Numbered from the stretch's first letter, positions 1-11,774 are shown. The stretch: 64,000 nucleotides of DNA from Pelagibacteraceae bacterium AG-422-I02 (GCA_003213555.1 QCMS01000005.1:3812-67811), one strand, 5' to 3'. Numbers and translations: made by a program. The notes: generated from the letters alone by a model not told the origin.

Positions 1-2
1 TA

Positions 3-206
3 CTTGATTATAAAGTTAGAATACTGAATACCGGTACTGAAGCAACAACTAGAGTTTTAATTGAAAGTACTGATAAAACAGGTGTTAGTTGGTTTACAGT
101 TGGTGTATCTCCAAATATTATTGAAGCTTCATTCAAAGCCTTAATAGATAGTTTAGATTATAAACTTTTTAAAGAAAAAGCTCCTGCGAATCTAAATGAA
201 AAATAA
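3..206 (+). CDS. cimA: Citramalate synthase, C-terminal regulatory domain (partial, runs off window start)
   Basis: My translation of frame 3: [24 protein letters not shown]...[26 protein letters not shown]...; typical CimA/LeuA allosteric domain; stop TAA at 204-206. Confidence 0.85.
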   Translation, partial: LDYKVRILNTGTEATTRVLIESTDKTGVSWFTVGVSPNIIEASFKALIDSLDYKLFKEKAPANLNEK

Positions 207-909
207 ATTTGGATTTATTCTTGTAAAAACTCAATTAGGTGAAAATATTGGTGCATGCGCACGGTCAATGAAGAACTTTGGATTTTCTAAACTTCATATT
301 GTTAGCCCAAAAATAAATTTCCCAAATCCTAAAACTAAAGCAACTTCTGTTGGGGCATATGATATAATTAACAAAGCAAAGGTATTTGATAATGTGGAAA
401 AAGCAATCGAACCTTTTAATTTAATTATTGCATTAAGTGCAAGAAGAAGAGATATTAACAAGAGACACATATCCCTTCAAAACTTTCAAAATATAATTAA
501 AAAAAAAAAAAATCTAAATATTGGCTTTATGTTTGGTCCAGAAGCTTCAGGTCTATCAAATTTAGATTTATCATTTTCAAACTATATAATGCAAATACCA
601 ACCTCACCAAAATTTAAATCATTAAATTTATCTCATTCATTAACTGTTATTTGCTACGAAATATTTAAATTAATGAACGAAAATAAAATTAAAAGTAATA
701 ATCTAAATTTAAAAATTTCTTCTAAAGCTAAAATAGCAAATACTGTTGAACATTTAGTTTCCCTCTTAGAGAGAAAAGATTTTTTTACTCCTAAAGAGAA
801 AAAACATTCTATGATATTGAATATAAATAATTTATTTTACAGATTGCAATCAAATGATAAAGAATTAAGGATTTTAGCTAGTATTATAAGCTCATTAAGC
901 AAAAAATAG
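196..909 (+). CDS. trmJ: TrmJ/LasT-family SPOUT tRNA methyltransferase
   Basis: [29 protein letters not shown] motifs. Confidence 0.85.
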   Translation: MKNKFGFILVKTQLGENIGACARSMKNFGFSKLHIVSPKINFPNPKTKATSVGAYDIINKAKVFDNVEKAIEPFNLIIALSARRRDINKRHISLQNFQNIIKKKKNLNIGFMFGPEASGLSNLDLSFSNYIMQIPTSPKFKSLNLSHSLTVICYEIFKLMNENKIKSNNLNLKISSKAKIANTVEHLVSLLERKDFFTPKEKKHSMILNINNLFYRLQSNDKELRILASIISSLSKK

Positions 910-922
910 TACTAAAGCTCAA

Positions 923-950
923 TTGACAAATCATTAACAAAGCTTATAAA
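923..950 (+). promoter_or_regulatory. Putative sigma70 promoter of rpsD
   Basis: TTGACA (923-928), 16-nt spacer, TATAAA (945-950), 16 nt upstream of the rpsD ATG. Confidence 0.6.
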
Positions 951-966
951 AACACAATTATTAAAT

Positions 967-1584
967 ATGACAAAAAGACTTAAATCTAAACATAAAGTTG
1001 ATCGAAGATTAAAAGCAAACATTTGGGGTAGACCAAAAAGTCCATTTAACTCCAGGGCATATCCACCAGGACAACATGGTCAAAATAAAAAAGGAAAGCC
1101 GACAGATTACGGAATTCAATTACAAGCAAAACAGAAATTAAAAGCTTACTACGGCAATATTAATGAGAGACAATTTAGAAATATTTATAGGAAAGCTTTA
1201 TCTAAAAGAGGCGATACAACGGAAAATCTTATTGCATTGCTTGAAAGTAGACTTGATACAGTAATTTATAGAGCAAAATTTGCACCAACCGTTTTTGCTG
1301 CTAGACAGATGATCAATCATGGTCACATTAAAGTTAATAAAAAAAGAGTAAATATATCTAGCTATGTAGTTAAAAGCACTGACTTAATTGAGGTTAGGGA
1401 GAAATCTAAAAAATTAACAGTGATAGATGGATCTTTACAAAGTAAAGAGAGAGAAGTACCAGAGTATATTCAGTTAGATGATAAAAACAAAACTGCTAAG
1501 CTAGTAAGAGTACCTAAATTTGCTGAAGTTCCTTTTCCAGTGATTATGGAACCAAGTTTAGTAATAGAATATTATTCAAGATAA
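967..1584 (+). CDS. rpsD: 30S ribosomal protein S4
   Basis: [37 protein letters not shown]. Confidence 0.98.
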   Translation: MTKRLKSKHKVDRRLKANIWGRPKSPFNSRAYPPGQHGQNKKGKPTDYGIQLQAKQKLKAYYGNINERQFRNIYRKALSKRGDTTENLIALLESRLDTVIYRAKFAPTVFAARQMINHGHIKVNKKRVNISSYVVKSTDLIEVREKSKKLTVIDGSLQSKEREVPEYIQLDDKNKTAKLVRVPKFAEVPFPVIMEPSLVIEYYSR

Positions 1585-2328
1585 TTGAATTTCTTTAGTT
1601 TATTCAAAAGAAACCTAATCTATAAATTTAAACAAAAATTTTCAGTAGATAAAGATCAAATCAGTTTAAAGTCTTTAGATGAATTATTTCATCATTATGG
1701 GAGCGACAAAGCTGAAATATTTAAAATAACAAATCAACAAGGTCATGGATTTTCTAATTTTTACGAAAAAAAACTAGAGAAATTTAAGAACAAAAAAATT
1801 AATATCTTAGAAATCGGTTCTTACGCTGGTTCTTCAGCAGCAGCTTTTATAAAATATTTGCCGAATTCGCAAGTTTTTTGCTTTGATATAAACGTATCAA
1901 ATTTTAAATTTAAGTCAAAAAATATTCATGTTTTTGGCGTAGATATAAATAATGAAAAAAGAATTAAAAAAATATTAAATAAAATTTTCACAGATTATGG
2001 ATTTGAAAAATTTGATTTAATTATAGATGATGGTTCACACAATTTAAAAGATATTTTAATAGCATTAAAACTTTTTTTTAAAATTTTAAAAAAAGAAAGT
2101 TTATATATTATTGAAGATTTTAAACATCCAAATTACTATAAATATAACAATAATTTGGAACATATTTTTGTAAATGAATTCTTAGATAATATAGTAAGAA
2201 AAAAGATATCTCCATCAAGTATATTTAACGATAATGATCAAAAAAATTTAATAGACTCAATTAAGAAAATAGAAAGTTTTAAAGGGAATTTAAAAGACTC
2301 TGATATATGTTTTGTTACAAAAAAATAA
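1585..2328 (+). CDS. Class I SAM-dependent O-methyltransferase-like protein
   Basis: YGSDK..HG..FY, ILEIGS, FDLIIDDGSH, YIIED motifs; TTG start abuts the rpsD stop. Confidence 0.65.
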   Translation: MNFFSLFKRNLIYKFKQKFSVDKDQISLKSLDELFHHYGSDKAEIFKITNQQGHGFSNFYEKKLEKFKNKKINILEIGSYAGSSAAAFIKYLPNSQVFCFDINVSNFKFKSKNIHVFGVDINNEKRIKKILNKIFTDYGFEKFDLIIDDGSHNLKDILIALKLFFKILKKESLYIIEDFKHPNYYKYNNNLEHIFVNEFLDNIVRKKISPSSIFNDNDQKNLIDSIKKIESFKGNLKDSDICFVTKK

Positions 2329-2329
2329 T

Positions 2330-2647
2330 CTAAATTATTTTCTTTTCCTCAAATAGCTTTTTAAGTTCGCCCTTTTCAAACATTTCTTTAATTATATCAC
2401 AGCCACCGATAAATTCTTTTTTAACATACAATTGAGGAATGGTAGGCCAATCACTAAAATCTTTTATACCCTGTCTTAGATTTTCATCTTCTAGAACATT
2501 TATCCCTTTAAAATTTACATTTAAATGTTTCAATACATTTGATACAGCCATTGAAAACCCACATTGTGGCGAGTCAGGCGTTCCCTTCATAAATAAACAC
2601 ACATCATTATTATTAATATAATCTTCTATTTTTTTATTTATTTCCAT
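2330..2647 (-). CDS. grxD: Monothiol glutaredoxin Grx4
   Basis: FMKGTP..PQCGFS, SDWPTIPQLY, GGCDI. Confidence 0.96.
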   Translation of the reverse strand: MEINKKIEDYINNNDVCLFMKGTPDSPQCGFSMAVSNVLKHLNVNFKGINVLEDENLRQGIKDFSDWPTIPQLYVKKEFIGGCDIIKEMFEKGELKKLFEEKKII

Positions 2648-2877
2648 TATTTTTCCTCAGTGGTTATAGATAAAGCATGTAGTTCATTTCCCATTTTACC
2701 TTTTAAAGATTTATAAACAAGCTTATGTTGCTCTATTTTACTTAGATTATTAAATTTTGATGATTTAATTATTGCGCTATAATGATTACTATCACCCATT
2801 AAATCTTTTATTTCAATGGTAGCATCTGGGATACCATCTTTGATTAATTTTTCTATTTCTTTTATAGGTAATGGCAT
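2647..2877 (-). CDS. BolA/IbaG family protein
   Basis: GDSNHY, QHKLVY, LHALSI; adjacent to grxD. Confidence 0.9.
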   Translation of the reverse strand: MPLPIKEIEKLIKDGIPDATIEIKDLMGDSNHYSAIIKSSKFNNLSKIEQHKLVYKSLKGKMGNELHALSITTEEK

Positions 2878-5057
2878 TAAAAATTATTATACCATTCATT
2901 GTTGATTTTGAATAAATCTTTATTGCTAATTTTTAATTCCCCCTCAATCTCAAAATAATCTTTTTGGGTAAATCCAATATTTTCATAATAAACATCATTA
3001 TTCTTTAAAACTTTCTCTATTTTTGGAAGATTAATAGCTTCAATTTCTAAGATATATCTGGCCTGATCTTCACCGAAAAAATATTTAAACAAATTTGTCA
3101 ATTTTTTTGGTTTTTGTATCTTTACACCATATTTTGATACTATTGACATTTCAGCAAGAGCTGTGATTAAACCACCATCAGATACATCATGAGAAGATAG
3201 AATTAAATCTTCCTCAATTAATTTTAATACAATTTCACCGTTATTTTTTTCATTTTTCAAATTAATTTCTGGAGGCAAACCATCATTAATTGAGTAATTT
3301 TCTCTTAAAAAACAACTTTGCTCTAAGTGGCCAAATGTTTTTCCAATCAAGATTAAATTACTATTATTTTTTTTAAAATTATGATCAAGAGGTTTAGTTA
3401 TTTTTTTAATTAAACCTACACCTCCAATTACTGGTGTCGGGTAAATATTCTTTTTATTTGTTCCGTTATAAAATGATACGTTTCCTGAGACAACAGGATA
3501 GTCTAAAAATTCGCAAGCCTGTTTAATTCCGGTTAAACATTCTACAAACTCTCCCATTATTTCTTCATTTTCTGGATTACCAAAGTTTAAACAATTGGTT
3601 ATTGCTAAAGGTTTTGCTCCTACAGAAATTAAATTTCTCCAGTTTTCACAAACAATTTGTTTACCACCAGTTAATGGATACGATTTACAATAGTAAGCAG
3701 ATGAGTCTACTGTAACCGCTATAGCTTTATCTTTATTATGTATTCTTATTATTGCAGCATCTGAACCTGATTTTAGAGCTGTATCGCACATAACACTTTG
3801 ATCATATTGATTTGTAATCCAACTTTTATTTGAATGATTAGGATTTGATAATATTTTTATTAAAGCATCTTCAATCTTAATTTTTTTTAGATCTTTTAAA
3901 TTTATTTCTTTTTTTTGTGGTTTTTTCTTAATCCATTTTCGATCATAAATTGGGGCTTTAGAGGCTAGCGCCTCAATAGGAATTTCTCCTTGAATCTTGT
4001 TGTTAAATTTTAAAGTAAGTTTATTCGTATTAGTAGTTTTTCCAATTACAACAAAATCAAGATCCCATTTATCAAAAATTTTTTTTGCGTTATGTTCTTT
4101 TCCATCCTCAAGAATTATTAACATTCTTTCTTGACTTTCAGATAACATCATTTCGTAGGGTGTCATGTTTTCTTCCCTGCAAGGAACTTTGTCTAGTTCA
4201 AGCTCTATACCTAATCCACCCTTTGAAGCCATCTCAACACTAGACGAAGTTAATCCTGCTGCACCCATATCTTGAATTGATATAATCGAATTATCTTTCA
4301 TCAATTCTAGGCACGCTTCCATTAAAAGTTTTTCTGTAAATGGATCACCCACTTGCACAGTTGGTTTTTTTTCTTCTGAGTTTTCATCGAATTCTGCTGA
4401 AGCCATAGAAGCACCATGAATTCCATCTCTACCTGTTTTGGAACCAACATAAACAACAGATTTATTTAAACCTTTAGCTTTTGAGTAAAAAATCTTATCT
4501 TTATTTGCATGACCTACAGCCATAGCATTTACTAAAATATTTTCATTATATGTCTCATTAAATTTAGTTTCACCACCAACTGTGGGAATACCTATACAAT
4601 TTCCATAACCTCCTATTCCAGATACAACCCCGTTAAGTAAACTTTTTGTTTTTGTATGATCTGGTGAACCAAAGTGAATTGAGTTTAATAAAGCGATAGG
4701 TCTAGCTCCCATAGTGAATACATCTCTTAATATCCCTCCAACGCCAGTCGCAGCTCCTTGATAAGGTTCAATATATGATGGATGATTATGACTTTCGATT
4801 TTAAAAACTATTGCATCATTATCTCCAATATCAATAACACCTGCATTTTCTCCTGGACCTTGAATAACTTGTTTGCCTTTCGTAGGTAATTTTCTAAGAT
4901 GTATTCTAGAAGATTTATAAGAACAATGTTCATTCCACATCGCTGAAAAAATTCCAAGTTCCAGCAAATTGGGCTGTCTATTCAGTAGTTTTTTAATACT
5001 TTCATATTCTTCAATTTTAAGCCCATGTTTTTCGACTATCTTATTTGAAATCTTCAT
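2877..5057 (-). CDS. purL: FGAM synthase subunit PurL (small type)
   Basis: [36 protein letters not shown]. Confidence 0.98.
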   Translation of the reverse strand: MKISNKIVEKHGLKIEEYESIKKLLNRQPNLLELGIFSAMWNEHCSYKSSRIHLRKLPTKGKQVIQGPGENAGVIDIGDNDAIVFKIESHNHPSYIEPYQGAATGVGGILRDVFTMGARPIALLNSIHFGSPDHTKTKSLLNGVVSGIGGYGNCIGIPTVGGETKFNETYNENILVNAMAVGHANKDKIFYSKAKGLNKSVVYVGSKTGRDGIHGASMASAEFDENSEEKKPTVQVGDPFTEKLLMEACLELMKDNSIISIQDMGAAGLTSSSVEMASKGGLGIELELDKVPCREENMTPYEMMLSESQERMLIILEDGKEHNAKKIFDKWDLDFVVIGKTTNTNKLTLKFNNKIQGEIPIEALASKAPIYDRKWIKKKPQKKEINLKDLKKIKIEDALIKILSNPNHSNKSWITNQYDQSVMCDTALKSGSDAAIIRIHNKDKAIAVTVDSSAYYCKSYPLTGGKQIVCENWRNLISVGAKPLAITNCLNFGNPENEEIMGEFVECLTGIKQACEFLDYPVVSGNVSFYNGTNKKNIYPTPVIGGVGLIKKITKPLDHNFKKNNSNLILIGKTFGHLEQSCFLRENYSINDGLPPEINLKNEKNNGEIVLKLIEEDLILSSHDVSDGGLITALAEMSIVSKYGVKIQKPKKLTNLFKYFFGEDQARYILEIEAINLPKIEKVLKNNDVYYENIGFTQKDYFEIEGELKISNKDLFKINNEWYNNF

Positions 5058-5058
5058 T

Positions 5059-5736
5059 TTAACCCAACAAACTTGTGAACAAGTTCACTCCATCTTTATT
5101 AGAAATAAATTCGTCAATCATTCTTTCAGGATGAGGCATCATTCCTAAAATATTTTTATTATCATTAAAAATTCCTGCAATATTTTCTAAAGATCCATTA
5201 GGATTTGAATTTTCATTAATATTACCTTTTTCGTCGCAGTATTTAAATGCGATTAAGTTTTCATTACTTAACTTTTCTAAATGCAAGAGGTCGGTAAAAA
5301 AATTTCCTTCATTATGAGCAATATTAATTTTTATAATTTGGTCTTTTTTATACTTATTTGTAAATTTAGTTTTATTATTTAAAACTTTGATTTGAACATC
5401 CTTATTTATAAATTTTAAATTTTTATTTCTTAACAACGTCCCTTTAAGTAGACCTGTTTCAGTTAAAATTTGAAATCCATTACAAATTCCCAAAATTAAG
5501 CATCCAGAATTAGCAGCTCTAATAACTTCATCAATTATTAAAGATTTGCCAGCTATTGCTCCTGATCTTAAATAATCTCCATAGGAAAAGCCGCCAGGGA
5601 TAACTATTAAATCAGATTTCGGTAGCCTAGTTTCTTTATGCCAAATCATTTGATTTTTAAACTGCATTTTTTCTAGCGCGACACCTATGTCTCTATCGCA
5701 GTTTGATCCTGGAAAAACTATTACAGATGATCTCAT
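5059..5736 (-). CDS. purQ: FGAM synthase glutaminase subunit PurQ
   Basis: [34 protein letters not shown]. Confidence 0.98.
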   Translation of the reverse strand: MRSSVIVFPGSNCDRDIGVALEKMQFKNQMIWHKETRLPKSDLIVIPGGFSYGDYLRSGAIAGKSLIIDEVIRAANSGCLILGICNGFQILTETGLLKGTLLRNKNLKFINKDVQIKVLNNKTKFTNKYKKDQIIKINIAHNEGNFFTDLLHLEKLSNENLIAFKYCDEKGNINENSNPNGSLENIAGIFNDNKNILGMMPHPERMIDEFISNKDGVNLFTSLLG

Positions 5737-5975
5737 TAAATTTTATTAATTTTATAATCCTCAATAACTAGGTTAACTAAAAGTTTTTTACACATCTTAT
5801 CGACTATTTTCTCTGCTGTTAACAGTTCGCTTTCATCAACTTCAATTTCAAAATACTTACCTTGCCTTATACTCTTTAAATTTTTTATTCCTATATTAAC
5901 CAAAGTGTTTTGAACAACTTTGCCCTGTGGGTCTAATACATCTTTTTTAAGTGTAACTGTTACTGAGAATTTCAA
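5736..5975 (-). CDS. purS: FGAM synthase subunit PurS
   Basis: LKKDVLDPQG, RQGKYF, LLVNLVIEDY. Confidence 0.95.
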   Translation of the reverse strand: MKFSVTVTLKKDVLDPQGKVVQNTLVNIGIKNLKSIRQGKYFEIEVDESELLTAEKIVDKMCKKLLVNLVIEDYKINKI

Positions 5976-5976
5976 T

Positions 5977-6768
5977 TTATTTTTTTTTAAATTTTATAGG
6001 AATAGTTTTTCCAAAATTGACCTCACTAATATTTGTCTCTTCAGGCATAATGCCTAATCTTCTTGCTACTTCTTGATAACCTTGAATTATGTTACCTAAA
6101 TCTTTTCTAAATCTGTCTTTATCAAGTTTTTTTTCAGTTTTTGAGTCCCACAATCGACAAGTATCAGGGCTAATCTCATCTGCTAAAAGAATTTCTTTTT
6201 TTTCATTATCTTTATTCCAAGCTTTTCCGTATTCAATTTTAAAATCTACAAGTTTAATACCTATTCCTCTAAACATGCCTAATAGTAAATCATTTATTCT
6301 TAAAGTTATTTTATCAATTTCAATTATTTCTTTTTCTGTAGCCCATCCAAATGAAAAGATATGATCTTTTGAAATTAAAGGATCCTGTAATTCATCTTTC
6401 TTATAGCAGTATTCTAATAATGGTCTTTCCAAAACCGTTCCCTCTGGTATACCAAGCCTTTTAGTTAATGATCCAGTTGCGATATTTCGTACAATAAATT
6501 CTATTGGAAAGATTTCAGCTTTTTTAATTAGCTGTTCTCGCATATTCAAACGTTTAATGAAGTGGTTTTTAATTCCACATTGAGCAAGATTAGTTAAGAT
6601 ATATTCTGAAATTCTATTATTAAGAACTCCTTTACCTTCTACACTTGCTTTTTTTAAATTATTAAAAGCTGTAGCGTCATCTTTAAAATGTTGAATAACT
6701 AAATCTTTATCTTTTGTTTCATAAAGAATTTTAGCTTTTCCTTCGTATAGTTTTTTACCTTTATTCAT
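5977..6768 (-). CDS. purC: SAICAR synthase
   Basis: LYEGKAK, FKDDATAFN, LADEISPDTCRLWD, DKDRFR. Confidence 0.98.
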   Translation of the reverse strand: MNKGKKLYEGKAKILYETKDKDLVIQHFKDDATAFNNLKKASVEGKGVLNNRISEYILTNLAQCGIKNHFIKRLNMREQLIKKAEIFPIEFIVRNIATGSLTKRLGIPEGTVLERPLLEYCYKKDELQDPLISKDHIFSFGWATEKEIIEIDKITLRINDLLLGMFRGIGIKLVDFKIEYGKAWNKDNEKKEILLADEISPDTCRLWDSKTEKKLDKDRFRKDLGNIIQGYQEVARRLGIMPEETNISEVNFGKTIPIKFKKK

Positions 6769-6772
6769 TCGA

Positions 6773-8068
6773 TTATTTTTTAAGACTTCTTTTAAAAATT
6801 ATATTAATTTTTTTTGTATGATAACTAAAATCAAATAGTTTTTTTAGTTTATTAACAGGTATTTTATTTGTAATTTTTTTATCAGAGATAATTTTGTCAT
6901 AAAATGAAGAATTGTCTTTCAAAGCTTGCATAGCATTTTTTTGAACAATTTTATATGATTGCTCTCTTGTAAAACCTACTACAGTTAATTCTAGGAGTAT
7001 TCTTTGTGAAAAAAAAATACCATTAGTTTTATCTAAATTCTTTTTCATATTTATTGGATAAACGTTTAAATTTTTGACTACATCACTCAATCTATTTAAA
7101 GCAAAATCTAAAGCGATTGTAGCATCAGGACCTATATTTCTCTCTACAGCTGAATGAGAGATATCTCTCTCATGCCACAAAGCTATATTTTCCAAAGCTG
7201 GCATCACACATGATCTAATTAATCTTGCTAAACCGGTAAGATTTTCACTCAAGATCGGATTTTTTTTATGTGGCATTGCTGAGGATCCTTTTTGTTTTTT
7301 TCCAAAAAACTCCTCTACTTCTAATACTTCAGTTCTTTGAAGATGTCTTATTTCAACAGCAAATCTTTCTATTGAACTAGCAATAATTCCTAATGTTGAA
7401 AAGAATTGAGCGTGTCTATCTCTTGGTATTATCTGCGTTGATATTTGTTCAACATCAAGTTTTAATTTTTTTGCTACATAACTTTCTACTCTTGGATCAA
7501 CATTAGCAAAAGTTCCTACTGCGCCAGAAATTGCACAAGTTGATATTTCTTTAATTGAATCTTCCAAACGCTTTTTATTTCTAAGAAATTCCTGATAAAA
7601 AGAAACCATTTTTAATCCAAAAGTTATTGGCTCAGCATGTATTCCGTGACTTCTTCCAATACATAAAGTGTATTTATGTTTTACAGCTTGTTTTTTAATT
7701 GATTGAAGTAATTTATCAAGATCATCTAATAAAATTTTACCCGACTGTTTTAATTGTAGATTAAAACATGTATCTAAAACATCTGAAGACGTCATACCTT
7801 TGTGCAAATATCTTGCATCTGGTCCTGCTTTTTCAGTGATTGAAGTTAAAAAAGCTATTATGTCATGTTTTACTTTTTTTTCAATTTGTAAAATTCTTTT
7901 AGGATTAATATTAGCTTTGGATCTTACTTTTTTTGCAATTCCTTTTGGTATAATTTTTAATTTTTCCATAGCTTCAGCTGCAGCCAATTCAATGTCTAAC
8001 CAAATAGAGTATCTATTATAATCTTCCCAAATGCTTTTTATTTCTTTTCTAGAATATCTTTCAATCAT
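6773..8068 (-). CDS. purB: Adenylosuccinate lyase
   Basis: MIERYS, GRSHGIHAEP, GSSAMPHKKNP. Confidence 0.98.
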   Translation of the reverse strand: MIERYSRKEIKSIWEDYNRYSIWLDIELAAAEAMEKLKIIPKGIAKKVRSKANINPKRILQIEKKVKHDIIAFLTSITEKAGPDARYLHKGMTSSDVLDTCFNLQLKQSGKILLDDLDKLLQSIKKQAVKHKYTLCIGRSHGIHAEPITFGLKMVSFYQEFLRNKKRLEDSIKEISTCAISGAVGTFANVDPRVESYVAKKLKLDVEQISTQIIPRDRHAQFFSTLGIIASSIERFAVEIRHLQRTEVLEVEEFFGKKQKGSSAMPHKKNPILSENLTGLARLIRSCVMPALENIALWHERDISHSAVERNIGPDATIALDFALNRLSDVVKNLNVYPINMKKNLDKTNGIFFSQRILLELTVVGFTREQSYKIVQKNAMQALKDNSSFYDKIISDKKITNKIPVNKLKKLFDFSYHTKKINIIFKRSLKK

Positions 8069-8073
8069 TAAAT

Positions 8074-8829
8074 TTAATCAATTTTGTTTGATTTAGTAAA
8101 AACTTCACAACCATTTTTTGTTACACCTATTGTATGTTCAAATTGTGCTGATAAAGATTTATCTTTGGTAACCGCAGTCCATCCATCATTTAACGTTTTT
8201 GTTTCATAATTTCCAAGGTTTATCATGGGCTCAATAGTAAAAATCATACCTTCTCTTATTTTTTCACCAGTTCCTTTTTCTCCATAATGTAAAACATTTG
8301 GTTCTTTATGAAATGTCTCACCTATACCATGGCCGCAAAAATCTTGAACAACTGAACACCCCTCTGACTCGACATATTTTTGAATTGTTGAACCAATATC
8401 ACCTAAAAATATTCCATGTTTTACAATACTTATTGCTTTCATCATTGCTTCGTAAGTAACATCAATTAATTTCTCAGCTTTAATTGAGACTTCTCCAATT
8501 TTGAACATTCTACTTGTATCCCCATGCCAACCATCTTTGAGAGCAGTAACATCTACATTTAAAATATCACCTGACTTTAAAATTTTATTAGAAGGCACTC
8601 CATGACAAACAACATGATTAGGTGAAGTACAGCAAGACTTTGGAAATCCTCTATAAAATAATGGGGCTGAGAAAGCTTTATGATCATTAATATATTCATA
8701 GGAAATTTTATCTATTTCATCAGTAGAAATTCCTGGCCTAATAATCTTACTTATTTCATCCAAAGCACCAGAAGCTATACCTCCAGCTATTTTTGTTTTT
8801 TCAAATGCTTCTTTAAAATCTTTTGTCAT
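8074..8829 (-). CDS. map: Methionine aminopeptidase type I
   Basis: CHGVP, DVT..DGWHGDTS, GHGIG..FH, TIEPM, SAQFEHT. Confidence 0.97.
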   Translation of the reverse strand: MTKDFKEAFEKTKIAGGIASGALDEISKIIRPGISTDEIDKISYEYINDHKAFSAPLFYRGFPKSCCTSPNHVVCHGVPSNKILKSGDILNVDVTALKDGWHGDTSRMFKIGEVSIKAEKLIDVTYEAMMKAISIVKHGIFLGDIGSTIQKYVESEGCSVVQDFCGHGIGETFHKEPNVLHYGEKGTGEKIREGMIFTIEPMINLGNYETKTLNDGWTAVTKDKSLSAQFEHTIGVTKNGCEVFTKSNKID

Positions 8830-9524
8830 TAAATATTAATTTTTATTTGTTTATTAAGTTTTATTCTCTCTTGAGAAAATTTACAATCATAGCAAAGTAT
8901 TTTTAGATTGTTTTTAACAGCTTTCTTCAGAGATTTCTCATAGTTCGGATCAATATCCTTTGCGATAGTAAAACTTTTACAATCATCTCTTTGTATTAAA
9001 AAAAATATAAAAGTTTTATAATTTTTTTTTCCTGCTTTCGTAAGTTCATTAATATGTTTTAACCCCCTCGTTGTTACGGCATCGGGAAATTCAGCTAGCC
9101 CTTTTTTTCTTGATAAAGTTACATTTTTGACCTCTATGAATACCTTATCTTTTCCATTAATAATTAGAAAATCAAATCGCGTTTTTTTTCCAAATTTTAT
9201 TTCAGGTTTAATTTCTTTGATATTATTAAATTCTTTTATTAAATTTTTTTGAAGTGCATATAATACAATTTTATTAGCTGAAAGTGTATTTACACCTACT
9301 TTCGACTCTGTGTCTTTTATAATTTCCAGAGTATATTTTAATTTTCGTTTAGGATTGTTTGATTTGCTTATCCATACTTTATTACCTTTTTTTAAGAGAC
9401 CAAACATAGACCCTGTATTAGGACAATGAGCTGTTATAATCTTATTGTTTATTTTTATATCGACAAAAAAACGCTTGTATCTTTTTATAAATAGTCCTGA
9501 TATTAATTTATTTTCAAAATTCAT
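8829..9524 (-). CDS. sfsA: SfsA family DNA/RNA nuclease
   Basis: KRYKRF, HCPNTGSM, EVKNVTL, FPDAVT.RG.KH. Confidence 0.95.
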   Translation of the reverse strand: MNFENKLISGLFIKRYKRFFVDIKINNKIITAHCPNTGSMFGLLKKGNKVWISKSNNPKRKLKYTLEIIKDTESKVGVNTLSANKIVLYALQKNLIKEFNNIKEIKPEIKFGKKTRFDFLIINGKDKVFIEVKNVTLSRKKGLAEFPDAVTTRGLKHINELTKAGKKNYKTFIFFLIQRDDCKSFTIAKDIDPNYEKSLKKAVKNNLKILCYDCKFSQERIKLNKQIKINI

Positions 9525-9541
9525 ATATATTTATAACTTTA

Positions 9542-10300
9542 ATGAAGAAAAAAATAAAAAAAATAAATGCTGCAATTTTAATAATTGGTAATGAAATACT
9601 TTCTGGTCGTACGCAGGACAAAAACGTGGCCTTTATATCTAATTGGTTGAACACAAAATGTGGAATTTCTGTCAACGAAGTAAGAATAATCCCAGATGTT
9701 GAAAAAGTAATTGTAAAAAATATTCAAATTTTATCAAAGAAATTTAATTACGTTTTTACAACCGGTGGAATAGGACCTACACACGATGATATTACAGCTA
9801 AATCGATTTCAAAAGCATTTAAAGTAAAGTACGAATATCACAAAGAGGCCTATGCAATTTTGGAGAAATATTATGGAAAGAAAAAATTTAATGATGGAAG
9901 AAAAAAAATGGCTAAAATGCCGATGGGCTCTAAATTAATATATAATCCATCAAGTGCGGCACCAGGTTTTATAACTAAAAATATAATATCTTTACCAGGT
10001 GTTCCCTCAATTTTAAATTCAATGATTGAAAATTGTAAAAAATATTTAATTAAAGGAATAAAAATTCATAGTAATACAATTAGTCTTTACACTGTTGAAA
10101 GTAATATCTCAAAACAACTTGGACTTATTCAGAAAAAATACAAAAAATTTGTGGATATTGGAAGTTATCCGTTTTTTAGATTAGGTAAAATAGGTGTTGC
10201 AATTGTTACTAGATCAACTTCTTTAAAAAAATTAAAAAGTGTGAATATTGAATTAATAAAACTTATAAAAAAAAAGAAAATTGTAATTTTAAAAATTTAA
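9542..10300 (+). CDS. CinA-like/MoCF-biosynthesis-domain protein
   Basis: IIGNEILSGRTQD.N, TTGGIGPTHDDIT, LPGVP. Confidence 0.9.
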   Translation: MKKKIKKINAAILIIGNEILSGRTQDKNVAFISNWLNTKCGISVNEVRIIPDVEKVIVKNIQILSKKFNYVFTTGGIGPTHDDITAKSISKAFKVKYEYHKEAYAILEKYYGKKKFNDGRKKMAKMPMGSKLIYNPSSAAPGFITKNIISLPGVPSILNSMIENCKKYLIKGIKIHSNTISLYTVESNISKQLGLIQKKYKKFVDIGSYPFFRLGKIGVAIVTRSTSLKKLKSVNIELIKLIKKKKIVILKI

Positions 10301-11250
10301 ATTAAATTATAAACTTCTTCCACAGAAATCGTTTCAATATCTTTAGTCCCATAAATTTTTTTACTGTCTAAAATTTTAGTGTAATTATTTTTTGGAGCAA
10401 ATTTCTCAGAATTAGTGGGACCAAATAAAACTATCATCGGTATATCAGCTAACGCAATCATATGCATAATACCATTATCTATAGAAACTGCTTGATCCAA
10501 TCTTGAGGATAATGCTGTAACAAGAGCCGGACAAGCCAACTCTGAATTAGACTCAGGAAATAATGCACCTGGAACTTGGTTTTTAATTTTTTCAATTATT
10601 TGCTCTTGATTTTTTTCAACAAAAAAAACTGGAGTCTTATTTTTTATGAGTGTTTTATTCGCAAGGGAAATAAATTTGTATATAGACCAGCTTTTTTTTC
10701 TATACATATTGCCTTGGGTTATAGAAAATCCAATATAATTAGTTTTAGGCAATAATCTTTTAGCTTCATTGATTAAATTTTTGTTCAATTTTTTACAATC
10801 AAAATTTATAGTTTTTATTTTTTCATTTAAAAATATACTTAAATTTTCTAAATGACTTTTTGATTTATATTTAATTTTTTTGGTTGAAAAAAAATTATTA
10901 AAAGTTGTTGAGCAAAAATGTGTATGAGGAACTCTTTTTAAAATTAAAGAATTTCTAAATTTTGATTGTAGATCAAGAATTAAATCAAATTTAGTTACAG
11001 CCTTTTCGTAAAAATTTTTTTTGACATAAAGCAAATGCCACCATCTAAAACCAAAATACTTTAAATTTAATTCAAAAGTCTCAATATTAATGTTATAGTC
11101 TTTCAACTTATCGTCGAAATGGTTTTTATGAGCTCCCAAATAGAAAATTTTTGATCTTCTATAATGGTTTTTTAGGCTTAGTATTAGAGGAATTATTTGA
11201 ATTGAGTCTCCTAATCCTCCTCCAGAATTATAAATTAATATTTTTCTCAT
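10297..11250 (-). CDS. Glycosyltransferase family 9 (LPS heptosyltransferase-like)
   Basis: GLGDSI N-terminal motif, D.G.MH, LFGPT. Confidence 0.85.
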   Translation of the reverse strand: MRKILIYNSGGGLGDSIQIIPLILSLKNHYRRSKIFYLGAHKNHFDDKLKDYNINIETFELNLKYFGFRWWHLLYVKKNFYEKAVTKFDLILDLQSKFRNSLILKRVPHTHFCSTTFNNFFSTKKIKYKSKSHLENLSIFLNEKIKTINFDCKKLNKNLINEAKRLLPKTNYIGFSITQGNMYRKKSWSIYKFISLANKTLIKNKTPVFFVEKNQEQIIEKIKNQVPGALFPESNSELACPALVTALSSRLDQAVSIDNGIMHMIALADIPMIVLFGPTNSEKFAPKNNYTKILDSKKIYGTKDIETISVEEVYNLI

Positions 11251-11376
11251 TTAATAAATATACTTTATAAGATTTTAATATTAATATAAGTTACATACAC
11301 ATATACTTTTAATTTACTAGCCCATTTATTATTGTTACGGGCACACAATACTAAAAACTTTGAGAGAGCTAAACAA

Positions 11377-11754
11377 ATGAGAAAAAAGGTTAACAATAGA
11401 GGATTTGGAATACTTTTTTTTATTGTTTTCCTAATAATAGCAGTTTGGCCAATTATAAATGATGGACATTTAAGAATATGGTCAATAATTATAGCAATTA
11501 TTTTTTTAACATTAGGTATCTTAAATTCCAAAGTTTTAAGTCCGCTTAAGAAAATTTGGTTAAAATTTGGGGAATTGCTGGGAAAAATAATTTCACCGAT
11601 AGTTTTATTTATAATTTTCTTTTTGTTAGTCACACCCATCGGTTTATTTATGAAGATCTTGAGGAAAGATTTATTGAACATTAACTATTCAAAAAACAAG
11701 ACTTACTGGATTAATAGATTAAAAGATTTAGGATCAATGAATAATCAATTTTAA
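11377..11754 (+). CDS. SxtJ-family membrane protein
   Basis: Hydrophobic helices; L.PL...W.KFG.LLG...SP.......F...TPIG, DLL, TYW..R, M.NQF signature; ATG at 11377 preferred over TTG 11332. Confidence 0.8.
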   Translation: MRKKVNNRGFGILFFIVFLIIAVWPIINDGHLRIWSIIIAIIFLTLGILNSKVLSPLKKIWLKFGELLGKIISPIVLFIIFFLLVTPIGLFMKILRKDLLNINYSKNKTYWINRLKDLGSMNNQF

Positions 11755-11774
11755 TTTTAGAAAATTATTGTTTA

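Noticed and set aside
11265-11681. 138-aa minus-strand ORF
   Set aside because: It is the antisense shadow of the SxtJ-like gene and has no recognisable motifs.
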